A stretch of DNA of 64,000 nt, from NCBI GenBank assembly GCA_043228905.1, contig JBHGNT010000001.1, positions 4,526,001 to 4,590,000 of the forward strand, read 5' to 3'. How positions within the stretch are numbered: position 1 is the first letter of the stretch; every line of letters begins with the position of its first letter. The notes under the pieces are model-generated. The model saw only the letters and a list, made by a program, of their open reading frames with translations, did not search any database and was not told the origin of the DNA. The translations under genes and the position numbers were made by a program. This document shows, piece by piece, positions 51,697 to 64,000 of this stretch. The DNA is from Azolla caroliniana. Lineage: Eukaryota; Plantae; Polypodiophyta.

Positions 51697-54600
51697 TCAT
51701 CGGCAAATGCCACAAATCATCCACTCCATGAAAACCACATTCCAGGAGTGGTCTCTTGTATAAAACAGTGTTTACAACATTCATGTGGTAGTTAATGACA
51801 CAAATAATTTATACCTCATGGGCCCATGTTTCGATCACATATGTATGCAATTCGTTACATTGCATGGCCCTAAATTCCTGTATGGTTTGGGAGATGGTGA
51901 AATTGAAAAGAGAGCGTGTAACGTTGTTTGCAGTCTGCAGATTAGAATTTTGGCACTAGGCAATGAGATCCAATTGTTATTCATATTATATGACAGCCAT
52001 GTAGCATCCATCATATACCCCCCCTCCTCCTTCCTTCTTCTAGGGATTTTCTGGCATTGCCCATGAAATCCTAAACCTCGGACGTATGTTCTGAGTCCTC
52101 ATGCCCATAATTCATCGCTCAACTTCTGTTAATGCGAAGTGTAGACTAGGTGACTGATCTATTCCTTCGACAGTTCATTCCAAGGGGCCAAAGCGAGGAA
52201 GGGAGTTTGCAATGGAGTGCCACATCAAACAGGAGGTTTGGTCATAACTAGAGCCTTAAGGCGCCCAATGGACATAATATCCTACAACATTTCGTACCAA
52301 TCGTTCCGTTGTCTCGCATCCATCCATCCATTCATCCTTCGTAGGGTTAACCCGAAAGAGGTCTCCCAAGTTTGAATTGGTTGGGACGATTGTTTTTGCA
52401 ACAGGTGTTTGAGTATCAGGTATCCATCCTTCGTATGATTAACTCGAAAGAACTTTCCCAATTTCAATTTGTTGGGAAGATTGGTTTTGCAACAAAGTAT
52501 TTGAGGTATCAGGCATCCATTCGATTTGTAGGCTTGTATAGGCTATGAGCAATACAACATTTTGATTTGAGCATGATACAAGTGTGCATCATGCCCAATT
52601 AATTGAGTTTATCACCTTTTTAACAACTTCCTATCGAGGATGTTCACTCTAGATTGTATCCTAATCAAAGCACATTTTAGATCGTGTATAACATTGAGAG
52701 AGAGATGTGGGCAATGATGTACCATGCTCGCACCATCTAAGCACCCAACACATCCAATAGGAAACTTGCCACAAAAGAGTTCTTTTTGGAGGCTTCACAC
52801 ACATTCAAATGGGTTGGGAAAAGGACATGTGCTGCATATTAGCTTATGAGAAGGCATTTTTAGAGTGACTTATTGACATTATTTGAGACACAAAGGAGAA
52901 ACGGGCTTCCTTCTTAGCACAATCATGTTGTTTATAAATGTCTAGATGATTAACTACACTATATCTGAGAATAAAATGTGTATAGTTTCTTGGTTTGACA
53001 TGGGACATAATGCATACATACAACTCTATTTTACAAACACTATTGGCAATTATGAATATTAGCCCTAGAATATGGAGTAAAATCGTGTTTTTATGAGGTT
53101 GTGGTAAAAAATGAAATGTGCCACTGACCACAATATAGAATCTCCCTATGACAAAGACATTTACTCATATTATAGGAGAAAAAAGAACAAATCTTCGAAA
53201 AAAAAATCAAAATATTCTCCCAATCTACACGTACAAATATAATTTCATTGCTTTTGGAAGATGTAGCACATATAATGGATACACTAATGAAATGAGGCAC
53301 ACACTCAAGATCTATGGCAACTCAACACAATACATCTTAACCCTTTCTATAACTAGAATCCAACAATCTTCTCACCTATTGGATTTCATGGGGCAGTTGT
53401 CCAAAGTGGTGTCCAAATTCCATGTTAGTATGCTTTTCACTCCCTAGTCTCCCCAAATATTGGCACTTTTAGTATAAGCTTTTTCTTCATGTTACTCAGA
53501 AACAAAATAATTTCTTGAGAATCTTGCAACACATTTGAATGATGATGGCAAATGACTCAAATATTGGTGCACAAAAAAGACAAGATATTTACGTACAATA
53601 AATGCTCCAAACATTAGATTACAAAAAAAACTATATTTGTAGCCAAGTATCGCAATACATTTGAAGTGTTATCAAATTTTACTCACCCCTCACCAATCCG
53701 GAGACACTTTGACACTTTAGTTCAGTCTACTCAATGGACGCATGATTTTAAGGGTTTTAAGGTTTTGTTAAATGCTTCTACTAAACAAGCTTTACCTCAC
53801 AAACCACACAACAACATTACTATGTGTCCATTGTCTATGTCAAAATTGCAACCTAGTGACAACTTTGCCTTGTCAAGCCAGTACAGCAACATACAGTTTT
53901 TTGACAACTTCATTAATAAGAGAACAAAAGTGATGCACTTAACTAGTGCAAGAAATACCGCATCCTTAGCTTTTGGCTCTATGATTGAGTGGCCTAGTGT
54001 GGCCATTCATTACTCTTAACAATCAATTTTGTACCTGCACGACATTTTCCCTTGATCAACTGAAAATTGTATAGCATCCATGTCCATCTATGTCAAACAT
54101 GGAGTCTCTCTATAATATACAAGTTATACCATTAATCACGAGCTATGAGACTAATGTGAATCAAGAGATAAGAAGCAATGGAAATCCTCTGATAATCACA
54201 CAACATCAATGGAAGTGGCCATTACTTGTAATTGGATAATGTTGCAGCAATTTCAACCACCATTTTCTACCTATACTATGGAGAACTTTCTAGCTCCTCT
54301 GGTTTGAGGGGCAGCTCAACTCCATCAAAACATCAACATAATTTGCCATCAGTTCTCATTACTGAAGATATTTGTGATTGGAGACATTAATTCAACCAAA
54401 AATGCCTGATAATATTGAAATCAAACTTGGCAGCTGCGGATTGATCCAATTGACTCTCCCAAAACAGCCAGAAGTGATTCTCACATATACCCACACTTTC
54501 AAGCCATTTGCATTATCCACAATACAAAAATAAGAGGAAAAGAGCAGTGAAAATCTAGATCTGAATTAGACATTACATAGATCTTTCCACAACGAATATC

Positions 54601-54738
54601 CGAATCCAAAAAGAATGCACAGACAACTCTCGCAGCCGCTGCAGATGACCCAATGGAAAATGAGAAGAAGATATACACTACTTTTCAAATCCTTCTTTCC
54701 GTGTTCTTATAAATTATAAGCCATTTATAGGGAGAGGC

Positions 54739-56016
54739 TCAATTCTCATCGGAATGGACCATCTTCTTCTTCTTCAAGCTCCCTAATGCCGACGAGAACT
54801 CGCGCGCGATGTGCTTCTGGGCTTCTAGAACCATCTCAGTGCGGCGTAGCTCCATATCGGCTCGAAAAAGCTCAGTTTCTCTCTGCATTTGAACCTTCAT
54901 TTGCTCCATACGAAGAAAGCCTTCTCCCAAATACCTAATAACCGCTGCCATTTCTGATGAAGAAGAGCCAATTGGAGGGCCAGGATTGCTGGTTCCACCA
55001 CCACCACCACTACTGGTAGATTTTTCTACGAAATACCTTGGGTGGTTCCTATAATCGTCTTGTTGTTTGAAGGCACTAATGGGCGGTTCTCGCGGCAGCT
55101 TCTTCCTGGGGTCTGGAGGTGCAGGTGAATAGGACCCATCAAGATCATGATCTTGACGATAGTTATGACCGAAATGGTCGACAGGTCGGTGCCTTTTCCG
55201 GCTTGGGAAACTCCTCAGAGGGGGTTGATCCGAATCTTCCTCCTCTTCCTCCTCAGCTTGCTCTTCTTCTTCTTCCTCCTCTTCTTCTTCTTCTTCTTCA
55301 TCTTCTTCTTCCTCCTCCTCTTCGTAGCTTGGCCGCGGGTTATGACCTCTTCCGGATGTGAATCGCTTACTATTCGAGCGTTCTAGATCTACGAGGGGAG
55401 AAGCCAAAGAAGAAGCGGAAGGAGGGAGAATTACCTTAGGAACAGAGGAGGAGGAAGGGGCACGAGCAAGAGAAGGCTCTTTGACAAGAGAGGAGGCTCC
55501 TCTTTCCATGAGATCCATAGCTTCATAGAAAGGCCATCGAGAGGAAGCATGGCCTTTGCGAAGGACGATCTGCCGCTCGGCTCTGTAGCGGCGGCGGAGC
55601 TTCTCGAGCTTGTGGCGGCACTGGACAGAGGATTTGTGGGCGGTGATTTCAGGGTAAGGGGAGCAGAGGTGCGCAAGGGACTGAGCGACCTGCTCCCAGT
55701 GAGAGGTCCGGAGCTGGCCACGTTTGAGGGAGTACCAGATCTCTCGGTAGGATTCAATGAGGTGGGCGGTCTCGATGGGGGTCCACGTGCCTGGCGGAGG
55801 CTTCTTCTTCTTCTGCTGCTGCTGCTGCGATACTGCTGAGGGCGGCGGCGGAGGAGGCGGAGGCAGAGGCGGAGGAGGAGGCGTCTGGTGGTGATGGTGG
55901 TGGGCGGGCTGTTGAAATTCATGATGATGGCTTGGATGATCTAACTCTACAGGCTTCTGCTGCTGGCGATGGCGATGGCTTGCCTCTGCTGCTGCTGCTC
56001 CATCGTCAGACGCCAT
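54739..56016 (-). CDS. Trihelix transcription factor, ASIL/SIP1 clade; intronless
   Basis: WTPIETAHLIESY...HWEQVA...KSSVQCRHKLEKLRRRYRAE...SRWPFYEAMD, with a C-terminal coiled coil MAAVIRYLGEGFLRMEQMK. The first in-frame ATG is at 56016. Confidence 0.92.
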   Translation of the reverse strand: MASDDGAAAAEASHRHRQQQKPVELDHPSHHHEFQQPAHHHHHQTPPPPPLPPPPPPPPSAVSQQQQQKKKKPPPGTWTPIETAHLIESYREIWYSLKRGQLRTSHWEQVAQSLAHLCSPYPEITAHKSSVQCRHKLEKLRRRYRAERQIVLRKGHASSRWPFYEAMDLMERGASSLVKEPSLARAPSSSSVPKVILPPSASSLASPLVDLERSNSKRFTSGRGHNPRPSYEEEEEEEDEEEEEEEEEEEEEQAEEEEEEDSDQPPLRSFPSRKRHRPVDHFGHNYRQDHDLDGSYSPAPPDPRKKLPREPPISAFKQQDDYRNHPRYFVEKSTSSGGGGGTSNPGPPIGSSSSEMAAVIRYLGEGFLRMEQMKVQMQRETELFRADMELRRTEMVLEAQKHIAREFSSALGSLKKKKMVHSDEN

Positions 56017-56193
56017 AGCCACGCAGGGAAGGGAAGAAGAAGGAGAAGGAGAAGGAGAAGAGGGAGAAGAGGGAGAAGGAGAAGAAGGGGAGGGGAGGGG
56101 AGAGAATGTCGTCGCCTTCGCCAGCCATTGGCCTCAACGCCCATCTCTAGAGAGGGGCTGCTGGCCTCTTCCTCCTTTGCGTTTGTGAGTGGT

Positions 56194-56242
<49 letters not shown>

Positions 56243-56393
56243 TGTGTGTGTGTGTGTGCTAGAGAGGGGCTGGCCTCTTCTTCCTTTGCGTTTGTGTGTG
56301 TGTGTGTGTGTGTGTGAGGGAGTGAGTGTGAGTGTGAGTGTGTGAAAGAAGAAGAATAGATAGATAGCCATATATAGAGAAAGTGCTAACTAA

Positions 56394-56452
<59 letters not shown>

Positions 56453-57105
56453 GATGAGTGTGTTTGGTGTAGGCGTGCGTCCGTGTTTTGACGTAATGCC
56501 CCCCTCGGGAGTCGTACATACGTACCCGACCCCGTTCCTCCTCCTCTCGCGTGCGTGTCGACTCAATTGGGTCTCCTGCCTACCACCCACCGCATCGGGG
56601 GGCGCGACTCCCCCGAGGCCAAGCCAGAGGGGAGACGGTCCGACCACGGCAAACACACACTGACAACCCATGGTTCCACACTAACACCCATGGCTTTCTC
56701 CTTCCATGGCTCGTTGTTTTCTCCATGTCGATTGTAAGGAGGAAACCTCGTTCCATTGATTTGCCGTCACTTGGACATTAGCATCTAATTTCATATACAT
56801 TTGATGCGAACCCACGTTCGATCCTTGCCCATGGGCCAGGGGGAAATTCCTTGATATCCATGAGACAACTTTCAGCATCGTAAGTCTCAAAAGGCCATAA
56901 AAATTGGATTAACTAAGGAAAATAATCACAAGGAGTGTGAGTATAAGGTTCTCGTTGCTTCAAAGACATAAATTGTTTGCTCCTCCTAATGTAATATGTC
57001 TCCAATAACAAGAGGATATATAGAAATTATTTTGTTGGTAGCTTATATATCCATATACATAATCGACAAGTGATGTAGAATAGGGGGTAAACTATATATT
57101 TGTAT

Positions 57106-57176
57106 GCACTGGTGGTCTAGTGGTAGAATAGTACCCTACCACGGTACAGACCTGGGTTTGATTCCCGGCCAATGCA
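57106..57176 (+). tRNA. tRNA-Gly(GCC)-derived gene with the anticodon changed to ACC; probable pseudogene
   Basis: GCACTGGTGGTCTAGTGGTAGAATAGTACCCT-ACC-ACGGTACAGACCTGGGTTTGATTCCCGGCCAATGCA matches the plant cytosolic tRNA-Gly body. It has T-loop TTTGA instead of TTCGA, one acceptor-stem mismatch and a U-G pair in the T stem. Confidence 0.85.
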
Positions 57177-58828
57177 ATTGTTAAAATGTGTGACTTAGTC
57201 TCCCATGGATGTCAATACGATATCCTATCAATCTGAAGTCCCCAACCTATTGCACTAACAACTTTGTGATTGCTCTTTTGTTGAGGATCATCGCAGGGCT
57301 ACTTGAAGTCATTGAATGAGACTCAATAACTTATGTTTGCTTGTACATGCTTCTATGTTGAATACATTATGTACATGCTTCAACCAAAATGCTACTCATT
57401 GTTATTAGGAAGGAATGAGGTAGCGTCATTCGTATGTTGTTTTCATCTTTGGTGATGATTTATTGATAAAGATTGATGCATTCTATAATTTGTTTCCTTC
57501 AATCTTATCAAACATTGTTCTTTGCTCAACACTCTCATCTTTGTGACCACTTGCAAGGAGATCCTTCACAAAATACTTATCATTTGGAGCTAACATTCTA
57601 CAGCTACTAAATAATCCATGTCAAGGTTCTTTACTGGAACTGGCAAATAGATTGTATCAAGGGAAAAGCTATTTGAGTGTATTGTTAAGGTCGTACATTT
57701 ATTGCCATTTCCCATGGTGAAGGCCGATTGTTCATGTTTTCCAAGACCATTTACCCCATATTTTTTATGTTCTCTTCAAAAATGCACTCCTATGCTCATT
57801 GATCCATGATCACGTTTTCTCGAACCAATCCCCATTAGAGTGACGTCATAGAGCAATGCTATGTAGCACATCAATGATGCAAGTTCTAACAAAGTTTGTA
57901 CCTTGAGATTGGTCAAGAATTGTGACATTGGTTATTAATGATTTGGTCAATGTTGTGGCAATGGTAGCATGCAAGGGGTGGATGACTTGGTTTAAATTCT
58001 TTGAATGACTCTTGAACACTTCACAAGGGCAAGGTAGACACGCAATCCATAATCAACTCTTCTTAGTTTAATTATCACCGGAAACAAGACAACTTTAATT
58101 ATTGTTAGAGTGATCTACATGCTCATTTGTACAACCTATCCCATCGAATGACCAACATGAGTATCAATCAAAAGGTAATAAGAGTTGTTGAGCTTTATGA
58201 ACACAACAAAGGTGCCCCAATAATTCAATTAAAGGTGGCCTAGCAAGAACTTGCTCATATTAGTTTAGAAAGTGGGGCAACGAGTACCCAAAGTCTTTTG
58301 TATGAGGATGACAGAGTGGTCTCCTCTAGAATTGGTTCACACCACAGTCTATATGCACATTGTTTGGTTTGTAGTTCCAATATAGATGTACTATTCAACA
58401 ATTATATTCCAAGAATACTAGCCATATATATAGAAATTTGGGTTCAAACCCACCACTTTTTGAAGTCTCTTTGTTGTCATCTTGTTCTACGCACTCCCAA
58501 GAATAATAAAAGTTTGCTATTTCAAAATAAAAATCCCACAAGGTATTTGCACCAATTTTCTTGGCATATGCAATATATAAATTACTGTGCACCCTTCATA
58601 AAGGTCTTTTCAATGAAGATAAACAAGTTTTGCGCCCCTTCATCTATAGCATGTTCTTGCTCAATGCTAGTGAGATTGGTAGATGGATAAACGTGAAGCA
58701 AAATGAGAAGATAACATTAACAAAAGGTTTGCGTGGTTTTAAAACATATAATCCAAGATTGTTTGAATATGGCAGATAATAACAAGATTGAATATCTTTA
58801 ATTGAAAATTAGAGCTTGTCACATCATT

Positions 58829-61800
58829 TTATAGCTTGATATCTTCAAGAGAAATTTCATTGATCTCCTCATCTTCCATCCTTTGTAGTGCAGCTTTTTC
58901 TTCTTCTTTATCTCTAAGAGCTTCTTCTAATGCTTTCTTCTTATTATACGCCTATGAAACAACAAAGTGCATAATATTCATGCTCCCCATTATGGGACGG
59001 AACAAAACACTAAAGGGCATGATGATATTCAAACTAAAATTATGAAGAGCTTTATTTTCATTATAATCCAATGAAAAATTATATAGGCCATATATATTAT
59101 GTGGGAGCAGCGCTTTCATAACAGAATTTCTTGTTTATTTTTGGTTTTGTGTTCGTTTGTTCAATTGTGCTCTAGAATCATGTGTTTAATTTAGAATTCC
59201 GTAAGCATCACATGTTTAATTTAGACTTCTGTAAGCCACCACATAAGATGGCTATCCCACCATCACTTTATGATTTAGGGTTCAATTTGAAATGACATGG
59301 GATAATATGGATTGATATGGGCGAGTAATGGGGCAACAAATGAGAATGTCCATGGGGTCTATCTAATCTATGCTAGCAACAGCATTTGCTGAATTTAAGT
59401 GAGATTGAGAATCTAATTCTTTTTTTTTGTACTAGGCATAATAATCCTAGTTTAAGAGACATGAAAAAGGTCACATGTTATTATGATGATGAGAATAACT
59501 AATTTCAAATTATCACAATTAGTGATGATTTGATTTGATCAGGGGAACTCATCTAAGTGCAGAGATAGTACCGCCATGTTTCGTTGATGGTCTGCAAAAG
59601 CTTTGTTCCGAAGGAAGCGCTCCTGCTCCTCATTTTGGGCCTCCATCTTGCACCTTGACACGCACTCTGAAGACCTCTCTACCTCACATCTTTCCTCTGC
59701 TGCATCCCTCATCATTTGCTCGTGCTTCCACTTTAACTATTAAATGGTCACCACACATGCAATTACACCAACCAAAACAAATGTGACCATCAATATACAA
59801 TCAAATGCCACCACATTCTCTTCTAGCTAATTCATAACTAGTAATTAATCTTAGTTACAAACAAGTGCAGTATTGGAGCGTATCGAACCTGCATTTTTCG
59901 AGATTTGTCACATGTTTCCAAGCTTTCCTTACTCCGTTGGATTCTCATGGCTTCTTTCTTGTCATATTCATCTTTCTTTTGATTTTGATCACGTGCTAAA
60001 GACCTCTCCGTATCAACTTTTGATGCTAGTAATTGCTAGGGAAAACATTAAAAGATATTGCGGCCATCACAATAGGAAATTTTGAAACTAACACAAATAC
60101 AAACATTACGACATAATTTACGAGTACAAAGCACAATGTATAAATTGCCATTCACTTGCAAACAAATACATAAGCATATACACATTAGATACTAAACACA
60201 CTTTGTATAACTTCTCACTAATGGCCTCCCTTTGCTTTGACTTTGCTAAGAGCTTCAAGGCTTCTTGTTTCTTCTTCTCATCCATCATCTTTTCTTTTCT
60301 TTCAGCATATGCTTCATTATCTTTATCTAATTTCTTCAACCGCAATTCTTCTTCTCGCCTTCTAGCCTACCATCATAGCACTCATTAATGTATAAATACA
60401 TGTATATATATCGAGCAATTTTTTAACTAAAATAATTGAGACTTTTAACAAATGTCATGACAGATATACTTTGGCACTGGAAACATGATCACAATAGATG
60501 ATCCCTCATCGACAAACTTGCCAACTAGATTTGAGCTTACAGTCTGCGTCTGTGAGCACCTATTCAATTGCACTTTGTATGTATGTATGTATGTATATAC
60601 GTATGTACCTTCTGTGCATTGTTCGCTTTCACCATTTCTTCATTCATCTCCTTGATCCTTTGCTGTTTCAATTTGTCCTTTTCTTCATAGAAAACTCGAT
60701 CCTCTTCTTGTAATTGTTTCAAATGCTTCCGCTCATCTTCCTTCTTCCTTTTTTTCTCCTGGATTCTCTCTTCATGCTCTTTCAACTACATAAATATTTA
60801 ACAAAAGTATATTTGCCACGATGACATATGCACTAGTGATGTTTAATTGTTTGTTAGTCACTAAACAAACAAGCAGCAACAACAATCTGAATTCTACCTG
60901 ACTTTTTTATAATGACATTCTATGATCCCTTTTACCTGTAAATCTAATTAGAATAACATTAAGTAGATCATACAAATTAATCATTATGATGCAACCGGCA
61001 ATTGTACGTTTATTTGATGCTTTTTATTCTTCTAAATACTAATGTTTTTATTGCAAATATTGTTTTTCAATGGAACTTTATGTTCTAGCTCTATGTATCA
61101 TCGAAAATAATTGGTTAGTTTTACATTAGGATCTGAAGAACAAGACCCACTTGCATGAGCCTATCAAGGGCCAAAGCCTTCACCGACTCCCTTCTCTTTT
61201 CAGCTTGAATTTTCTCTAATTTGTCCAACTTCTCCATCTCTTCCTGTTGTGACTGGAGCCATTTTCTCTCTTGCCTGTCCCAACCCTCTTTGATACTTTG
61301 CTTGTATACTATTTGGGCTTCGCGCTCCTTAATCAACAAGAAAACTACTCATGATTTGTATGATCAAAGTTGGTTTCGCCCACACACACACACACACAGT
61401 ACTTACGACTTGTGATGACCATTATGACAAATATGATCCAATTAATATACACAAAAAATAAAAGAGAACATGAAATGAATTAAATCTACTATGTAAGTAT
61501 ATGGTTTAAACATGAATGATGGAAAAAGAATACGTACTTCTGCAACGTTCTTCGTCTGCCTATTCAAAAGAACATTTGTTATATGCGGAAGCATCAACAT
61601 CATGTTTGCCCTCTTGATCTGAAAGTCTTAACCAACCAACCATATATCAATTCTCAAGTTCTTATATCGATATTATCCTCTCAATGTAGATATTCAAAAG
61701 AGCATCTTAGAATATAAATTTGCCCCAAAATATTCCGGAAAACTTAAGATCGACTCAACTGCACTTTACACTTAGCAGAATTAGTAGCGCGAAGAAGAGA

Positions 61801-62974
61801 ACGTGGCACTCTAGAAATGAGATGATGACATGGATGGCTTTTTCCATTACTCACCAGAGAAGAAGAGCAAAGAAATATCTCAGTCCTTTAGTAATGCCAA
61901 TATTCCTGACACTGATGTCATTATGCTGAAAATATCAACATTTACTTAAATACTGATATTTATGATATATTTCTAAAATGGCTAGTTTTTGGGTTTCCAA
62001 GAATTTATATCAACATTCTATCTAAATCTTAGTATATTTCTTGGCAGGTGTGCCAAAAGATGGATATTCATCTATTGCAGTGATAGTAATTGGTACTTAT
62101 CAAGGCTATATTATGTTGTCAAGGTGTCTATATTCTAATAAGTTCTTCTTGTCTATAAAACAAGTATACGGAATTTGTACTAATATTGGTTCTCTAAGGC
62201 TCAACCACATCAATCAATCTCTAATAATTTGATATGAATTGTCCACCCTTTAGTCAGTGATGTTTAGTATGAACGATTAATTCTTTCTTGAACACCACAT
62301 CTATGACTATCAATCTCACATGAATGTCCTTAGTCCATACACTACTAAGAACAAACAAAAAACATGTGGTCCCAGTGATTTGTTTTATGTTCTCTAAGGA
62401 TAATCTCTCTCTAATAGTTTGTTCACCCTGATAAAAACACAAACCACGCAGCCAAGCTAGAATATGTCCCAAAAAGTTCTAAAACATGTTATTGTCTATA
62501 AATTGTTTGACACTACATTCATGCTATCTTGATTAACACTAGAATACTCTTGAAGTAAATTTAGGGTTTAGGATTTAGGGACATATTTAATATTTAATGA
62601 AAGAAAATGATGTCAAGCGTCCCCACCAATGAAGAGGTATCATGTATTGTATTCTTTCTAGGTTTTCTTATTTATTTCAACATATTGTATCTTATCTTTT
62701 CTGAAAATGCTACTCTTGGACAAGAGGAGTTTGATAAGGTTTCCATGTCGCAACAAAAGAGTTAGTAGTGGGGATGGCCCAACCCCACGTAATTTATCGA
62801 GCTACACTTATATGTAAATAATTTGTCGAAAAGTATAAGAACCCTACACCCAAATTAAAATGCCTTGTTTTATTTGTGTTAAGGATTTCATCATCCTTAA
62901 AGAAAAATGCAAGTTATTATAAATGTTCACTATATTGTGCATAATCCATATGGGTGTAGAATGTTGAGCATTGA

Positions 62975-63011
<37 letters not shown>

Positions 63012-63105
63012 TGTGTGTGTGTAAGAGGTATATATACATTACCATCTCGTTTCGTTTCTCAGCTTTATAGGCCGCTTCAAGTGCATCTACCTTCAATCTT
63101 TCACG
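58829..63105 (-). CDS. CFAP210/CCDC173-like axonemal coiled-coil protein (TPH/trichoplein-like), 5'-partial
   Basis: Eight phase-0 exons: 63105-63043, 61618-61538, 61327-61151, 60785-60609, 60366-60202, 60035-59889, 59736-59572 and 58951-58829. They give RERLKVDALEAAYKAEKRNEM|IKRANMML...|EREAQIVYK...CDKSRKMQ|.... The family call rests on my recollection of these motifs in FAP210. Confidence 0.72.
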
Positions 63106-64000
63106 CTATTGCAAGGGAAGTAAATGCTTAATTATGTTGGTAAAGATCTTATCCATTATAACATGATAATGAAAAGCATACTAAAACCTTCAATAACTTA
63201 CATGTCTATTTAGAATCAAAACTATGATATTGTCCATATTTAATCATATACTTTATTCTCTTTATTACATAATCTTGTTGGGGCTTAGAATCTTGGAATA
63301 AAGGGTTGATTCCACCGTGTCCATATATGATAAGTGGTAATCTTTAAAATCTTCATGATTTGCAGTAGTCATAAACATGAGGACTCGCTGAGTCATTCTA
63401 TATCATATGCCAATAACTACACATTGTATCAAAGAAAGCTCTCATCATGGTATTTCAAATGAGAAAGAAGTAGACAAAACAAAATGTAGCTTTGTTGATA
63501 AGGTTGCTCTGTGAAAACCATAAGGTCAACAAAGGGAAATGTGTTTAAGGATATGCCAAGGTTGAAAATGTAAGGAAAGCAAACTCAAATGTGATAGAAG
63601 ACTGAGCATTGAAGTAGAGAGATACTCAAAACTTGCGAAATGGTTTGGGAAAATTATGCATAATCGATGTGTCTCCTTGTTGGTGTTACTCCCTCCTGGA
63701 GAACACCTTCAATTACTCCTTCTGAGTAATCGGGTCAAGGAATCGTGGTGCGTAGGCAACTAGTGGTCCGAGGGTGGTCGGATCACTACGACCATTGAGA
63801 TTAATACTCAACAAATCGGCTACAACCGATTGATAGTTAATGTCTTACAGACCGGACATATATAAATAGCGATCGATTACACTTAGACAGACACAGAGAT
63901 GACCCACAAGTATATATGTATTCGATTATAATTGCATACACTACAATACCATACAGCACCGAGTAGAATCTGTAACACTCACTCACTCTGTCCTAATCTA

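Noticed and set aside
63670-64000. LTR-like sequence at the window end
   Set aside because: It is truncated by the window edge, so no second terminus or TSD can be seen.

Overview
Eukaryotic nuclear DNA from a land plant. It is AT-rich, has GT-AG introns and microsatellite-rich UTRs. A CFAP210-like axonemal gene plus a PLS-class PPR gene point to a lineage with flagellated sperm, probably a gene-dense fern (inference). Nine protein-coding loci were resolved: a plastid DTX46/EDS5-type MATE (partial), a PTC7-type PP2C, RETICULATA-RELATED (DUF3411), a class A GATA factor, an ABIL (SCAR/WAVE subunit), QCR8, a PLS-E PPR, an ASIL/SIP1-type trihelix factor and a CFAP210/CCDC173-like gene (partial). 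Also present are a tRNA-Gly copy whose anticodon has mutated to ACC, a decayed L1-type LINE lacking its RT core, two solo-LTR-like insertions and many local tandem duplications. I see no clearly novel multi-gene system. The best leads are three separate three-copy tandem amplifications (386, 222 and 72 bp, the last inside an ABIL coding exon), the fern ciliary gene, the tRNA-Gly(ACC), a possible alternative last exon of QCR8 and a shared promoter motif. Exon coordinates were read by eye and no database searches were run.
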